Shown in pieces: positions 29,600 through 43,654 of a stretch of DNA of 64,000 nt (within the stretch, counting starts at the first letter, position 1; the number at the start of each line of letters is the position of its first letter). The stretch is from assembly GCF_009914755.1 (NCBI RefSeq), contig NC_060933.1. One strand, given 5' to 3'. The notes beneath the pieces were generated by a model that searched no databases, was not told where the DNA came from, and saw only the letters and a list, made by a program, of their open reading frames with translations. This DNA comes from the human T2T-CHM13v2.0 reference genome, Homo sapiens. Both the position numbers and the translations under genes were made by a program.

Positions 29600-32500
29600 C
29601 CATTCCATTCCATTCCGGAAGATTCCATTCCATTGCATTCCATTCCATTCCATTCCCCTGCACTCGCGTTGATTCCATTCCATTCCATTCCATTCCATTC
29701 CATTCCATTCCATTCCATTCCTTTCCGTTCCATTCCATTCCATTCCATTCCATTCCAATCCATTCCATTCCGTTCCGTTCCGTTCCATTCCATTCCATTC
29801 CATTCTATTCGGGTTAATTCCATTCCATTCCATTCGATTGCAATCGAGTTGATTCCATTCCATTCTATTCCATTCCATTCCATTCCATTCCATTCCTTTC
29901 CATTCCATTCCATTAGGGATGATTCCATTCCATTGCATTCCATTCCATTCCATTCCCCTGTACTCGGGTTGATTCCATTCCATTCCATTCCAATCTATGC
30001 CATTCCACTCGTGTTGATTCCATTCTTTCCATTCCATTCAAGTTGAATCCATTCCATTGCATTCCATTCCATTGCATTCCCCTGCAGTCGGGTTGATTCC
30101 ATTCCATTCCATTCCATTCCATTCCATTCCATTCCGTTCCGTTCCGTTCCATTCCATTCCATTCCATTCCATTCCATTCTATTCGGGTTAATTCCATTCC
30201 CTTCCATTCCATTCCATTCCAATCGAGTTGATTCCATTCCATTCCATTCCATTCCATTCCACTCCATTCCAGTCCTTTCCATTCCATTCCACTCGGGTTG
30301 AATCCAATGTATTCCTTTCCATTCCATTCCATTCCATTGCAATCGAGTTGATTCCATTGCTTTGCATTCCATTCCATTCCATTCAATTCCGGATGATTCC
30401 ATTCCATTGCATTCCATTCCATTCCATTCCCCTGCACTCAGGTTGATTCCATTCCATTCCACTCCATTCCACTCCATTCCATTCCATTCCAATGTATTCG
30501 GGTTAATTCCATTCCATTCCATTGCATTCCATTACAATCGAGTTGATTCCATTCTATTCCATTCCATTCCAGTCCTTTCCATTCCATTCCACTCGGGTTG
30601 ATTCCATTCTATTAGTTTCCATTCCATTCCATTCCCTTCCATTCCACTCTGGTTGATACCATTCCTTTCCATTCCACTCGAATACATTCCCTCCTATTCC
30701 ACTCGGAACGATTCCATTCCATTCCATTCCATTCCATTCCATTCCATTCCATTCCATTCCATTCCATTCCATTTCGTTCCATTCCATTCTATTCCGTATC
30801 ATTCCATTCCATTCCATTCCATTCCATTCCATTCCATTCCATTCCATTGTACTCGGGTTGATTCAATTCCATTGCATTCCATTCCATTCCATTCCATTCC
30901 ATTCCATTCCATTCCATTCCGTTGCATTCCATTCCGTTACATTCGGATTGATTCTATTCAACTCCCTTACTCTCCTTTACATTCCATTGCACTCGGGTTG
31001 ATTCCATTCCATTCCATTCCATTCCATTCCATTCCATTCCATTCCGGATGGTTCCATTCCATTGCATTCCGTTCCATTACATTCCCTTGCACTCGCGTTG
31101 ATTCCATTCCATTCCATTCCATTCCATTCAATTCCATTCCATTACAATTCGTTCCATTCCATTCTATTCCATACCATTCCATTCCATTCCATACCATTCC
31201 ATTCCATTCCATTCCATTCCATTGTACTCGTGTTGATTCCATTCCATTGCATTCCATTCCATTCCATTCCATTCCATTCCATTCCGTTGCATTCCATTCC
31301 ATTACATTCGGATTGATTCTATTCAACTCCTTTACTCTCCATTACATTGCATTCCATTGGGGTTGTTCCATTCCATTTCATTCCATTCCACTCCATTCCA
31401 TTGCGCTCGGGTTGATTCCATTCCATTCCATTCCATTCCATTCCATTCCATTCCATTCCGGATGATTCCATTCCATTGCATTCCGTTCCATTACATTCCC
31501 CTGCACTCGCGTTGATTCCATTCCATTCCATTCCATTCCATTCAATTCCATTCCATTACAATTCGTTCCATTCCATTCTATTCCGTACCATTCCATTCCA
31601 TTCCATACCATTCCATTCCATTCCATTCCATTCCATTCCATTCCATTCCATTCCGTTCCATTCCGTTCCATTCCATTCCATTCCATTCTATTCGGATTAA
31701 ATCCATTCCATTCCATTCCATTCCATTCTATTCCATTCCATTGAAATCGAGTTGAATCCATTGCATTTCATTCCATTCGATTCCATTCCATTCCATTCCG
31801 GAAGATTCCATTCCATTGCATTCCATTCCATTCCATTCCCCTGCACTCGCGTTGATTCCATTCCATTCCATTCCATTCCATTCCGTTCCATTCCATTCCA
31901 TTCCATTCCATTCCATTCCATTCCGTTCCGTTCCATTCCATTCCATTCCATTCTATTCGGGTTAATTCCATTCCATTCCATTCGATTGCAATCGAGTTGA
32001 TTCCATTCCATTCCATTCCATTCCATTCCATTCCATTCCATTCCTTTCCATTCCATTACGAATGATTCCATTCCATTGCATTCCATTCCATTCCATTCCC
32101 CTGTACTCGGGTTGATTCCATTCCATTCCATTCCAATCCATGCCATTCCACTCGTGTTGATTCCATTCTTTCCATTCCATTCAAGTTGAATCCATTCCAT
32201 TGCATTCCATTCAATTCGATTCCATTCGATTACACTCGGGTTGATTCCATTCCATTGCGTTCCATTCCATTCCATTCCATTCCATTCCATTCCATTCCGT
32301 TCCATTCCATTCCTTTACATTCGGATTGATTCTATTCAATTCCCTTACACTCCATTACATTCCATTCCATTCGGGTAGTTTCCATTCCATTCCTCTCCAT
32401 TCCATTGCAGTGGGGTTGATTCCATTCCGTTGCATTCCATTCCATTCCATTCAATTCCATTTTGTTCCATTCCATTCCATTACATTCGGATTGATTCTAT

Positions 32501-33800
32501 TCAACTCCCTTACTCTCCATTACATTCCATTCCATTCGGGTTGTTCCATTCCATTCCATTCCATTCCACTCCATTCCATTGCACTCGGGTTGATTCCATT
32601 CCATTCCATTCCATTCCATTCCATTCCGGAAGATTCCATTCCATTGCATTCCATTCCATTCCATTCCCCTGCACTCGCGTTGATTCCATTCCATTCCATT
32701 CCGTTCCATTCCATTCCATTCCATTCCATTCCTTTCCGTTCCATTCCATTCCATTCCATTCCATTCCAATCCATTCCATTCCGTTCCGTTCTGTTCCATT
32801 CCATTCCATTCCATTCTATTCGGGTTAATTCCATTCCATTCCATTCGATTGCAATTGAGTTGATTCCATTCCATTCTATTCCATTCCATTCCATTCCATT
32901 CCATTCCTTTCCATTCCATTCCATTAGGGATGATTCCATTCCATTGCATTCCATTCCATTCCATTCCCCTGTACTCGGGTTGATTCCATTCCATTCCATT
33001 CCAATCCATGCCATTCCACTCGTGTTGATTCCATTCTTTCCATTCCATTCAAGTTGAATCCATTCCATTGCATTCCATTCCATTGCATTCCCCTGCAGTC
33101 GGGTTGATTCCATTCCATTCCATTCCATTCCATTCCATTCCGTTCCGTTCCGTTCCATTCCATTCCATTCCATTCTATTCGGGTTAATTCCATTCCCTTC
33201 CATTCCATTCCATTCCAATCGAGTTGATTCCATTCCATTCCATTCCATTCCATTCCACTCCATTCCAGTCCTTTCCATTCCATTCCACTCGGGTTGAATC
33301 CAATGTATTCCTTTCCATTCCATTCCATTCCATTGCAATCGAGTTGATTCCATTGCTTTGCATTCCATTCCATTCCATTCCATTCCGGATGATTCCATTC
33401 CATTGCATTCCATTCCATTCCATTCCCCTGCACTCAGGTTGATTCCATTCCATTCCACTCCATTCCACTCCATTCCATTCCATTCCAATGTATTCGGGTT
33501 AATTCCATTCCATTCCATTGCATTCCATTACAATCGAGTTGATTCCATTCTATTCCATTCCATTCCAGTCCTTTCCATTCCATTCCACTCGGGTTGATTC
33601 CATTCTATTAGTTTCCATTCCATTCCATTCCCTTCCATTCCACTCTGGTTGATACCATTCCTTTCCATTCCACTCGAATACATTCCCTCCTATTCCACTC
33701 GGAACGATTCCATTCCATTCCATTCCATTCCATTCCATTCCATTCCATTCCATTTCGTTCCATTCCATTCTATTCCGTATCATTCCATTCCATTCCATTC
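29600..33800. repeat. Near-identical ~1.2 kb blocks (29600-30800 and 32610-33800), offset ~3.0 kb
   Basis: Private variants are CATTAGGGATG 29911/32922 and GGGTTGAATCCAATGT 30295/33291. ORF translations at 30362 and 33358 are identical (offset 2996). Confidence 0.85.
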
Positions 33801-33819
33801 CATTCCATTCCATTCCATT

Positions 33820-36800
33820 CCGGATGATTCCATTCCATTGCATTCCGTTCCATTACATTCCCCTGCACTCGCGTTGAGTCCATTCCATTACATTCAATTC
33901 CATTCCATTACAATTCGTTCCATTCCATTCTATTCCGTACCATTCCATTCCATTCCATACCATTCCATTCCATTCCATTCCATTCCATTCCATTCCGTTC
34001 CATTCCGTTCCATTCCATTCCATTCCATTCTATTCGGATTAATTCCATTCCATTCCATTCCATTCCATTCTATTCCATTCCATTGCAATCGAGTTGAATC
34101 CATTGCATTTCATTCCATTCCATTCCATTCCATTCCATTCCGGAAGATTCCATTCCATTGCATTCCATTCCATTCCATTCCCCTGCACTCGCGTTGATTC
34201 CATTCCATTCCATTCCATTCCATTCCATTCCATTCCGTTCCATTCCATTCCATTCCGTTCCGTTCCATTCCATTCCATTCCATTCCATTCCATTCCATTC
34301 CATTCCATTCTGTTCCGTTCCATTCCATTCCATTCCATTCTATTCGGGTTAATTCCATTCCATTCCATTCGATTTCAATCGAGTTGATTCCATTCCATTC
34401 TATTCCATTCCATTCCATTCCATTCCATTCCTTTCCATTCCATTACGGATGATTCCATTCCATTGCATTCCATTCCATTCCATTCCCCTGTACTCGGGTT
34501 GATTCCATTCCATTCTATTCCAATCCATGCCATTCCACTCGTGTTGATTCCATTCTTTCCATTCCATTCAAGTTGAATCCATTCCATTGCATTCCATTCC
34601 ATTCGATTCCATTCGATTGCACTCGGGTTGATTCCATTCCATTGCATTCCATTCCATTCCATAACATTCCATTCCATTCCGTTCCATTCCATTTCATTAC
34701 ATTCAGATAGATTCTATTGAATTCCCTTACACTCCATTATATTCCAGTCCATTCTGGTTGTCTCCATTCCATTCCATTCCATTTCACTCCATTCCATTGC
34801 ACTCGGGTTGATTCCATTCCATTGCATTCCATTGCATTCCATTCCATTCCATTCCGGATGATTCCATTCCATTGCATTCCATTCCATTCCATTCCCCTGC
34901 ACTCGGGTTGATTCCATTCCATTCCATTCCATTACATTCCGTTCCATTCCATTCCATTCCATTCGGATTGATTCTATTCAATTCCCTTACACTCCATTAC
35001 ATTCCATTCCATTCGGGTAGTTTCCATTCCATTCCATTCCATTCCTCTCCATTCCATTGCACTCGGGTTGATTTCATTCCATTCCATTCCATTCCATTCC
35101 ATTCCATTCCATTACATTACATTACATTCCATTCCGTTCCATTGTACTCGGGTTGATTCCATTCCATTGCATTCCATTCCATTCCATTCCATTCCAATCC
35201 ATTCCATTCCATTCCGTTCCATTCCATTACATTCGGATTGATTCTATTCAACTCCCTTACTCTCCATTACATTCCATTCCATTCGGGTTGTTCCATTCCA
35301 TTCCATTCCATTCCACTCCATTCCATTGCGCTCGGGTTGATTCCATTCCATTCCATTCCATTCCATTCCATTCCATTCCGGATGATTCCATTCCATTGCA
35401 TTCCGTTCCATTACATTCCCGTGCACTCGGGTTGATTCCATTCCATTCCATTCCATTCCATTCGATACCATTCCATTCCAATTCTTTCCATTCCATTCTA
35501 TTCCGTACCATTCCATTCCATTCCATACAATTGCATTCCATTCCATTCCACAACGTTCCGTTCCGTTCCGTTCTTTTCCGTTCCATTCCATTCCATTCCA
35601 TTCTATTCGGTTTAATTCCATTCCATTCCATTCCATTCCATTCCATTCTATTCCATTCCATTGCAATACAGTTGAATCCATTGCATTCCATTCCATTCCA
35701 TTCCATTCCGTTCCATTCCGGAAGATTCCATTCCATTGCATTCCATTCCATTCCATTCCATTCCATTGTACTCGGGTTGATTCCATTCCATTGCATTCCA
35801 TTGAATTCCATTCCATTCCATTCCATTCCGTTCCATTCCATTCCATTCCATTCGGATTGATTCTTTTCAACTCCCTTACTCTCCATTACATTCCATTCCA
35901 TTCGGGTTGTTCCATTCCATTCCATTCCATTCCACTCCATTCCATTGCACTCGGGTTGATTCCATTCCATTCCATTCCATTCCATTGCATTCCGGATGAT
36001 TCCATTCCATTGCATTCCGTTCCATTACATTCTCCTGCACTCGGCTTGATTCCATTCCATTCCTTTCCATTCCATTCGATTCCATTCCATTCCCCGGCAC
36101 TCGCGTAGATTACATTCCATTCCATTCCATTCCATTCCATTCCATTCCATTCCTTTCCGTTCCATTCCATTCCATTCCATTCCGTTCCGTTCCATTCCAT
36201 TCCATTCCATTCTATTCGGGTTAATTCCATTCCATTCCATTCGATTGCAATCGAGTTGATTCCATTCCATTCCATTCCATTCCATTCCATTCCATTCCAT
36301 TCCTTTCCATTCCATTACGAATGATTCCATTCCATTGCATTCCATTCCATTCCATTCCATTCCGTTCCGTTCCATTCCATTCCATTCCAACCTATTCGGG
36401 TTAATTCCATTCCATTCCATTCCATTCCATTCCATTCCATTCCATTCCATTCCATTCCATTCCATTCCATTCCGTTCCGTTCCGTTCCATTCCATTCCAC
36501 TCCATTCTATTCGGGTTAATTCCATTCCATTCCATTCGATTGCAATCGAGTTGATTCCATTCCATTCCATTCCATTCCATTCCATTCCATTCCAATCGAG
36601 TTGATTCCATTCCATTCCATTCCATTCCATTCCACTCCATTCCAGTGCTTTCCATTCCATTCCACTCGGGTTGATTCCAATGTATTCCTTTCAATTCCAT
36701 TCCATTGCATTGCAATCGAGTTGATTCCATTGCTTTGCATTCCATTCCATTCCATTCCATTCCGGATGATTTCATTCCATTGCATTCCATTCCATTCCAT

Positions 36801-39800
36801 TCCCCTGCACTCGGGTTGATTCCATTCCATTCCACTCTATTCCGTTCCATTCCATTCCAATCCAATGTATTCGGGTTAATTCCATTCCATTCCATTCCAT
36901 TCTATTCCATTCCATTCCATTCCATTCCATTACAATCGAGTTGATTCCATTCCATTCCATTCCATTCCAGTCCTTTCCATTCCATTCCACTCGGGTTGAT
37001 TCCATTCTATTAGTTTCCATTACATTCCCTTCCCTTCCATTCCACTCTTGTTGATACCATTCCTTTCCATTCCACTCGAATACATTCCCTCCTATTCCAC
37101 TCGGAACGATTCCATTCCATGGCATTCCATTCCATTCCATTCCATTTCGTTCCATTCCATTCTATTCCGTATCATTCCATTCCATTCCATTCCATTCCAT
37201 TCCATTCCATTCCATTCCATTGTACTCAGGTTGATTCAATTCCATTGCATTCCATTCCATTCCATTCCATTCCATTCCATTCCGTTGCATTCCATTCCAT
37301 TACATTCGGATTGATTCTATTCAACTCCCTTACTCTCCATTACATTCCATGCCATTCGGGTTGTTCCATTCCATTCCATTCCATTCCACTCCATTCCATT
37401 GCACTCGGGTTGATTCCATTCCATTCCATTCCATTCCATTCCATTCCATTCCATTCCATTCCGGATGATTCCATTCCATTGCATTCCGTTCCATTACATT
37501 CCCCTGCACTCGCGTTGATTCCATTCCATTCCATTCAATTCCATTCCATTACAATTCGTTCCATTCCATTCTATTCCGTACCATTCCATTCCATTCCATA
37601 CCATTCCATTCCATTCCATTCCATTCCATTCCGTTCCGTTCCATTCCGTTCCATTCCATTCCATTCCATTCTATTCGGATTAATTCCATTCCATTCCATT
37701 CCATTCCATTCTATTCCATTCCATTGCAATCGAGTTGAATCCATTGCATTTCATTCCATTCCATTCCGTTCCATTCCATTCCGGAAGATTCCATTCCATT
37801 GCATTCCATTCCATTCCATTCCCCTGCACTCGCGTTGATTCCATTCCATTCCATTCCATTCCATTCCATTCCATTCCATTCCGTTCCGTTCCATTCCATT
37901 CCATTCCATTCCATTCCATTCCATTCCATTCTGTTCCGTTCCATTCCATTCCATTCCATTCTATTCGGGTTAATTCCATTCCATTCCTTTCGATTTCAAT
38001 CGAGTTGATTCCATTCCATTCTATTCCATTCCATTCCATTCCATTCCATTCCTTTCCATTCCATTACGGATGATTCCATTCCATTGCATTCCATTCCATT
38101 CCATTCCCCTGTACTCGGGTTGATTCCATTCCATTCTATTCCAATCCATGCCATTCCACTCGTGTTGATTCCATTCTTTCCATTCCATTCAAGTTGAATC
38201 CATTCCATTGCATTCCATTCCATTCGATTCCATTCGATTGCACTCGGGTTGATTCCATTCCATTGCATTCCATTCCATTCCATTACATTCCATTCCATTC
38301 CGTTCCATTCCATTTCATTACATTCAGATAGATTCTATTGAATTCCCTTACACTCCATTATATTCCAATCCATTCTGGTTGTCTCCATTCCATTCCAATC
38401 CATTTCACTCCATTCCATTGCACTCGGGTTGATTCCATTCTATTCCATTCCATTGCATTCCATTCCATTCCATTCCGGATGATTCCATTCCATTGCATTC
38501 CATTCCATTCCATTCCCCTGCACTCGGGTTGATTCCATTCCATTCCATTCCATTACATTCCGTTCCATTCCATTCCATTCCATTCGGATTGATTCTATTC
38601 AATTCCCTTACACTCCATTACATTACATTCCATTCGGGTAGTTTCCATTCCATTCCATTCCATTCCTCTCCATTCCATTGCACTCGGGTTGATTTCATTC
38701 CATTCCATTCCATTCCATTCCATTCCATTCCATTACATTACATTCCATTCCGTTCCATTGTACTCGGGTTGATTCCATTCCATTGCATTCCATTCCATTC
38801 CATTCCATTCCAATCCATTCCATTCCATTCCGTTCCATTCCATTACATTCGGATTGATTCTATTCAACTCCCTTACTCTCCATTACATTCCATTCCATTC
38901 GGGTTGTTCCATTCCATTCCATTCCATTCCACTCCATTCCATTGCGCTCGGGTTGATTCCATTCCATTCCATTCCATTCCATTCCATTCCATTCCATTCC
39001 GGATGATTCCATTCCATTGCATTCCGTTCCATTACATTCCCATGCACTCGGGTTGATTCCATTCTATTCCATTCCATTCCATTCGATACCATTCCATTCC
39101 AATTCTTTCCATTCCATTCTATTCCGTACCATTCCATTCCATTCCATACAATTGCATTCCATTCCATTCCACAGCGTTCCGTTCCGTTCCGTTCTTTTCC
39201 GTTCCATTCCATTCCATTCCATTCTATTCGGTTTAATTCCATTCCATTCCATTCCATTCCATTCCATTCTATTCCATTCCATTGCAATATAGTTGAATCC
39301 ATTGCATTCCATTCCATTCCATTCCATTCCGTTCCATTCCGGAAGATTCCATTCCATTGCATTCCATTCCATTCCATTCCATTCCATTGTACTCGGGTTG
39401 ATTCCATTCCATTGCATTCCATTGAATTCCATTCCATTCCATTCCATTCCGTTCCATTCCATTCCATTCCATTCGGATTGATTCTTTTCAACTCCCTTAC
39501 TCTCCATTACATTCCATTCCATTCGGGTTGTTCCATTCCATTCCATTCCATTCCACTCCATTCCATTGCACTCGGGTTGATTCCATTCCATTCCATTCCA
39601 TTCCATTGCATTCCGGATGATTCCATTCCATTGCATTCCGTTCCATTACATTCTCCTGCACTCGGCTTGATTCCATTCCATTCCTTTCCATTCCATTCGA
39701 TTCCATTCCATTCCCCGGCACTCGCGTAGATTCCATTCCATTCCATTCCATTCCATTCCATTCCATTCCTTTCCGTTCCATTCCATTCCATTCCATTCCG

Positions 39801-39900
39801 TTCCGTTCCATTCCATTCCATTCCATTCTATTCGGGTTAATTCCATTCCATTCCATTCGGTTGCAATCGAGTTGATTCCATTCCATTCCATTCCATTCCA
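33820..39900. repeat. Near-identical ~2.5 kb blocks (33820-36290 and 37460-39900), offset 3621 bp
   Basis: Private variants are CAGATAGATTCTATTGAA 34704/38325, TTCGATACC 35461/39082 and CCCCGGCACTCGCGTAGAT 36092/39713. ORF translations are identical at 34375/37996, 35648/39269 and 35791/39412. Confidence 0.9.
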
Positions 39901-41631
39901 TTCCATTCCATTCCAGTCCTTTCCATTCCTTTCCATTCCATTACTGATGATTCCATTCCATTGCATTCCATTCCATTCCATTCCCCTGTACTCGGGTTGA
40001 TTCCATTCCATTCCATTCCATTCCAATCCATGCCATTCCACTCGTGTTGATTCCATTCTTTCCTTTCCATTCAAGTTGAATGCATTCCATTGCATTCCAT
40101 GGCATTCGATTAAATTCGATTGCACTCGGGTTGATTCCATTCCATTGCATTCCATTCCATTCCATTCCATTCCATTCCGTTCCATTCCATTTCATTACAT
40201 TCAGATTGATTCTATTCAATACCCTTACACTCCATTATATTCCAATCCATTCTGGTTGTTTCCATTCCATTCCATTCCATTTCACTCCATTCCATTGCAC
40301 TCGGGTTGATTCCATTCCATTCCATTCCATTGCATTCCATTCCATTCCATTCCGGATGATTCCATTCCATTGCATTCCATTCCATTCCATTCCCCTGCAC
40401 TCGGGTTGATTCCATTCCATTCCATTCCATTACATTCCGTTCCATTCCATTCCATTCCATTCGGATTGATTCTATTCAATTCCCTTACACTCCATTACAT
40501 TCCATTCCATTCGGGTAGTTTCCATTCCATTCCATTCCATTCCTCTCTATTCCATTGCACTCGGGTTGATTCCATTCCATTCCAATCCATTCAATTCCAT
40601 TCCATTCCATTCCATTCCATTCCATTACATTACATTCCATTCCATTCCGTTCCATTGTACTCGGGTTGATTCCATTCCATAGCATTCCATTCCATTCCAT
40701 TCCATTCCATTCCATTCCATTCCGTTCCATTCCATTACATTCGTATTGATTCTATTCAACTCCCTTACTCTCCATTACATTCCATTCCATTCGGGTTGTT
40801 CCATTCCATTCCATTCCATTCCGGAAGATTCCATTCCATTGCATTCCATTCCATTCCATTCCCCTGCACTCACGTTGATTCCATTCCATTCCATTCCATT
40901 CCATTCCGTTCCGTTCCGTTCCATTCCATTCCATTCCATTTTATTCGGGTTAATTCCATTCCATTCCATTCGATTGCAATCGAGTCGATTCCATTCGATT
41001 CCATTCCATTCCATTCCATTCCATTCCTTTCCTTTCCATTACGGATAATTCCATTCCATTGCATTCCATTCCTTTCCATTCCCCTGTACTCGGGTTGCTT
41101 CCATTCCATTCCATTCCAATCCATGCCATTCCACTCGTGTTGATTCCATTCTTTCCATTCCATTCAAGTTGAATCCATTCCATTGCATTCCATTCCATTC
41201 GATTCCATTAGATTGCACTCGGGTTGATTCCATTCCATTGCATTCCATTCCATTCCATTCCATTCCATTCCATTCCATTCCATTCCGTTCCATTCCATTC
41301 CATTACATTTGGATTGATTCCATTCAATTCCCTTACACTCCATTACATTCCATTCCATTCGGGTAGTTTCCATTCCATTCCATTCCATTCCTCTCCATTC
41401 CATCGCACTCGGGTTGATTCCATTCCATTCCATTCCATTCCATTCCATTCCATTTCATTCCCCTGCACTCGCGTTGATTCCATTCCATTCCATTCCATTC
41501 CATTCCATTCCATTCGATTCCTTTCCGTTCCATTCCATTCCATTCCATTCCACTCCATTCCATTCCGTTCCGTTCCGTTCCGTTCCATTCCATTCCATTC
41601 CATTCTATTCGGGTTAATTCCATTCCATTCC

Positions 41632-41649
41632 ATTCGATTGCAATCGAAT
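41632..41649. other. 18 bp perfect palindrome ATTCGATTGCAATCGAAT
   Basis: Read directly from the sequence. It extends the recurrent 14 bp palindrome TCGATTGCAATCGA (e.g. 750, 4921, 36241, 63811). Confidence 0.9.
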
Positions 41650-43654
41650 TGATTCCATTCCATTCCATTCTATTCTATTCCATTCCATTCCATTCCATTC
41701 CATTCCTTTCCATTCTATTACGGATGATTCCATTCCATTGCATTCCATTCCATTCCATTCCCCTGCAATCGGGTTGATTCCATTCCATTCCATTCCATTC
41801 CATTCCATTCCATTCCATTCCCTTCCGTTCCGTTCCGTTCCATTCCATTCCATTCCATTCTATTCGGGTTAATTCCATTCCATTCCATTCCATTCCATTC
41901 CAATCGAGTTGATTCCATTCCATTCCATTCCATTCCATTCCACTCCATTCCAGTCCTTTCCATTCCATTCCACTCAGGTTGATTCCAATGTATTCCTTTC
42001 CATTCCATTCCATTCCATTGCAATCGAGTTGATTCCATTGCTTTGCATTCCATTCCATTCCATTCCATTCCGGATGATTCCATTCCATTGCATTCCATTC
42101 CATTCCATTCCCCTGCACTCGGGTTGATTCCATTCCATTCCACTCCATTCCGTTCCATTCCATTCCATTCCATTGTATTCGGGTTAATTCCATTCCATTC
42201 CATTCCATTCCATTCCTTTCCATTACAATCGAGTTCATTCCATTCCATTCCATTCCATTCCATTCCATTCCAGTCCTTTCCATTCCATTCCACTCGGGTT
42301 GATTCCATTCTATTAGTTTCCATTCCATTCCATTCCCTTCCATTCCACTCTGGTTGATTCCATTCCTTTCCATTCCACTCGAATACATTCCTTCCTATTC
42401 CACTCGGAACGATTCCATTCCATTCCATTCCATTCCATTCCATTCCATTCCATTCCATTCTTTTTCGTTCCATTCCATTCTATTCCGTATCATTCCATTC
42501 CATTCCATTCCATTCCATTCCATTCCATTCCATTCCACTCGTGTTGATTCCATTCCTTTCCATTCCATTCGGTTTGAAGGCATTCCATTCCATTCCATTC
42601 CATTCCATTCCATTCCATTCCATTCCATTCCATTCCATTGTACTCGGGTTGATTCCATTCCATTGCATTCCATTCCATTCCATTCCATTCCATTCCGTTG
42701 CATTCCATTCCTTTACATTCGGATTGATTCTATTCAACTCCCTTACTCTCCATTACATTCAATTCCATTCGGGTTGTTCCATTCCATTCCATTCCATTCC
42801 ACTCCATTCCATTGCACTCGGGTTGATTCCATTCCATTCCATTCCATTCCATTGAATTCCATTCCATTCCGGATGATTCCATTCCATTGCATTCCGTTCC
42901 ATTACATTCCCCTGCACTCGCGTTTATTCCATTCCATTCCATTCAATTCCATTCCATTACAATTCGTTCCATTCCATTCTATTCCGTACCATTCTATTCC
43001 ATTCCATACCATTCCATTCCATTCCATTCCATTCCATTCCGTTCCATTCCGTTCCATTGCATTCCATTCCATTCTATTCGGGTTAATTCCATTCCATTCC
43101 ATTCCATTCCATTCTATTCCATTCCATTGCAATCGAGTTGAATGCATTGCATTTCATTCCATTCCATTCCATTCCATTCCATTCCATTCCATTCCGGAAG
43201 ATTCCATTCCATTGCATTCCATTCCATTCGTTTCCCCTGCACTCGCGTTGATTCCATTGCATTCCATTCCATTCCATTCCATTCCATTCCATTCCATTCC
43301 GTTCCGTTCCATTCCATTCCATTCCATTCCATTCCATTCCATTCCATTCCGTTCCGTTCCATTCCATTCCATTCCATTCTATTCGGGTTAATTCCATTCC
43401 ATTCCATTCGATTGCAATCGAGTTGATTCCATTCCATTCCATTCCATTCCATTCCATTCCATTCCATTCCTTTCCATTCCATTACGGATGATTCCATTCC
43501 ATTGCATTCCATTCCATTCCATTCCCCTGTACTCGGGTTGATTCCACTCCATTCCATTCCAATCCATGCCTTTCCACTCGTGTTGATTCCATTCTTTCCA
43601 TTCCATTCAAGTTGAATCCATTCCATTGTATTCCATTCCATTCGATTCCATTCG

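Larger units (their letters stand above)
10900..43650. repeat. Main HSat3 subfamily domain, modular with a ~1.7 kb full cycle
   Basis: Modules follow a fixed order: CGGAAG, GCACTCGCGTTG, CTATTCGGGTTAAT, CGATTGCAATCGAG, TTACGGATG, TGTACTC, CAATCCATGCC..CAAGTTGAAT, GCAGTCGGG, CAATGTATT, TTGCTTTGC, TATTAGTTT, GAATACATTCCCTCCT..GGAACG, CGGATTGATTCTATTCAACTCC, TACAATTCG..CGTACC, GTTGAATCC, then CGGAAG again. One complete cycle spans 16966-18685 (1719 bp). Confidence 0.8.

Noticed and set aside
14041-37690. GGATTA (K50 homeodomain-like) variant of the GGGTTAAT module, about 8 copies
   Set aside because: It is a 6-mer made by one substitution and spread by the block duplications. It is useful as a lineage marker but gives no evidence of function.
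33820-39900. Assignment to Y-chromosome DYZ1 from the 3.6 kb offset
   Set aside because: There are only two partial copies in a heterogeneous array, whereas DYZ1 is a long homogeneous tandem array. Similar size alone is not evidence.
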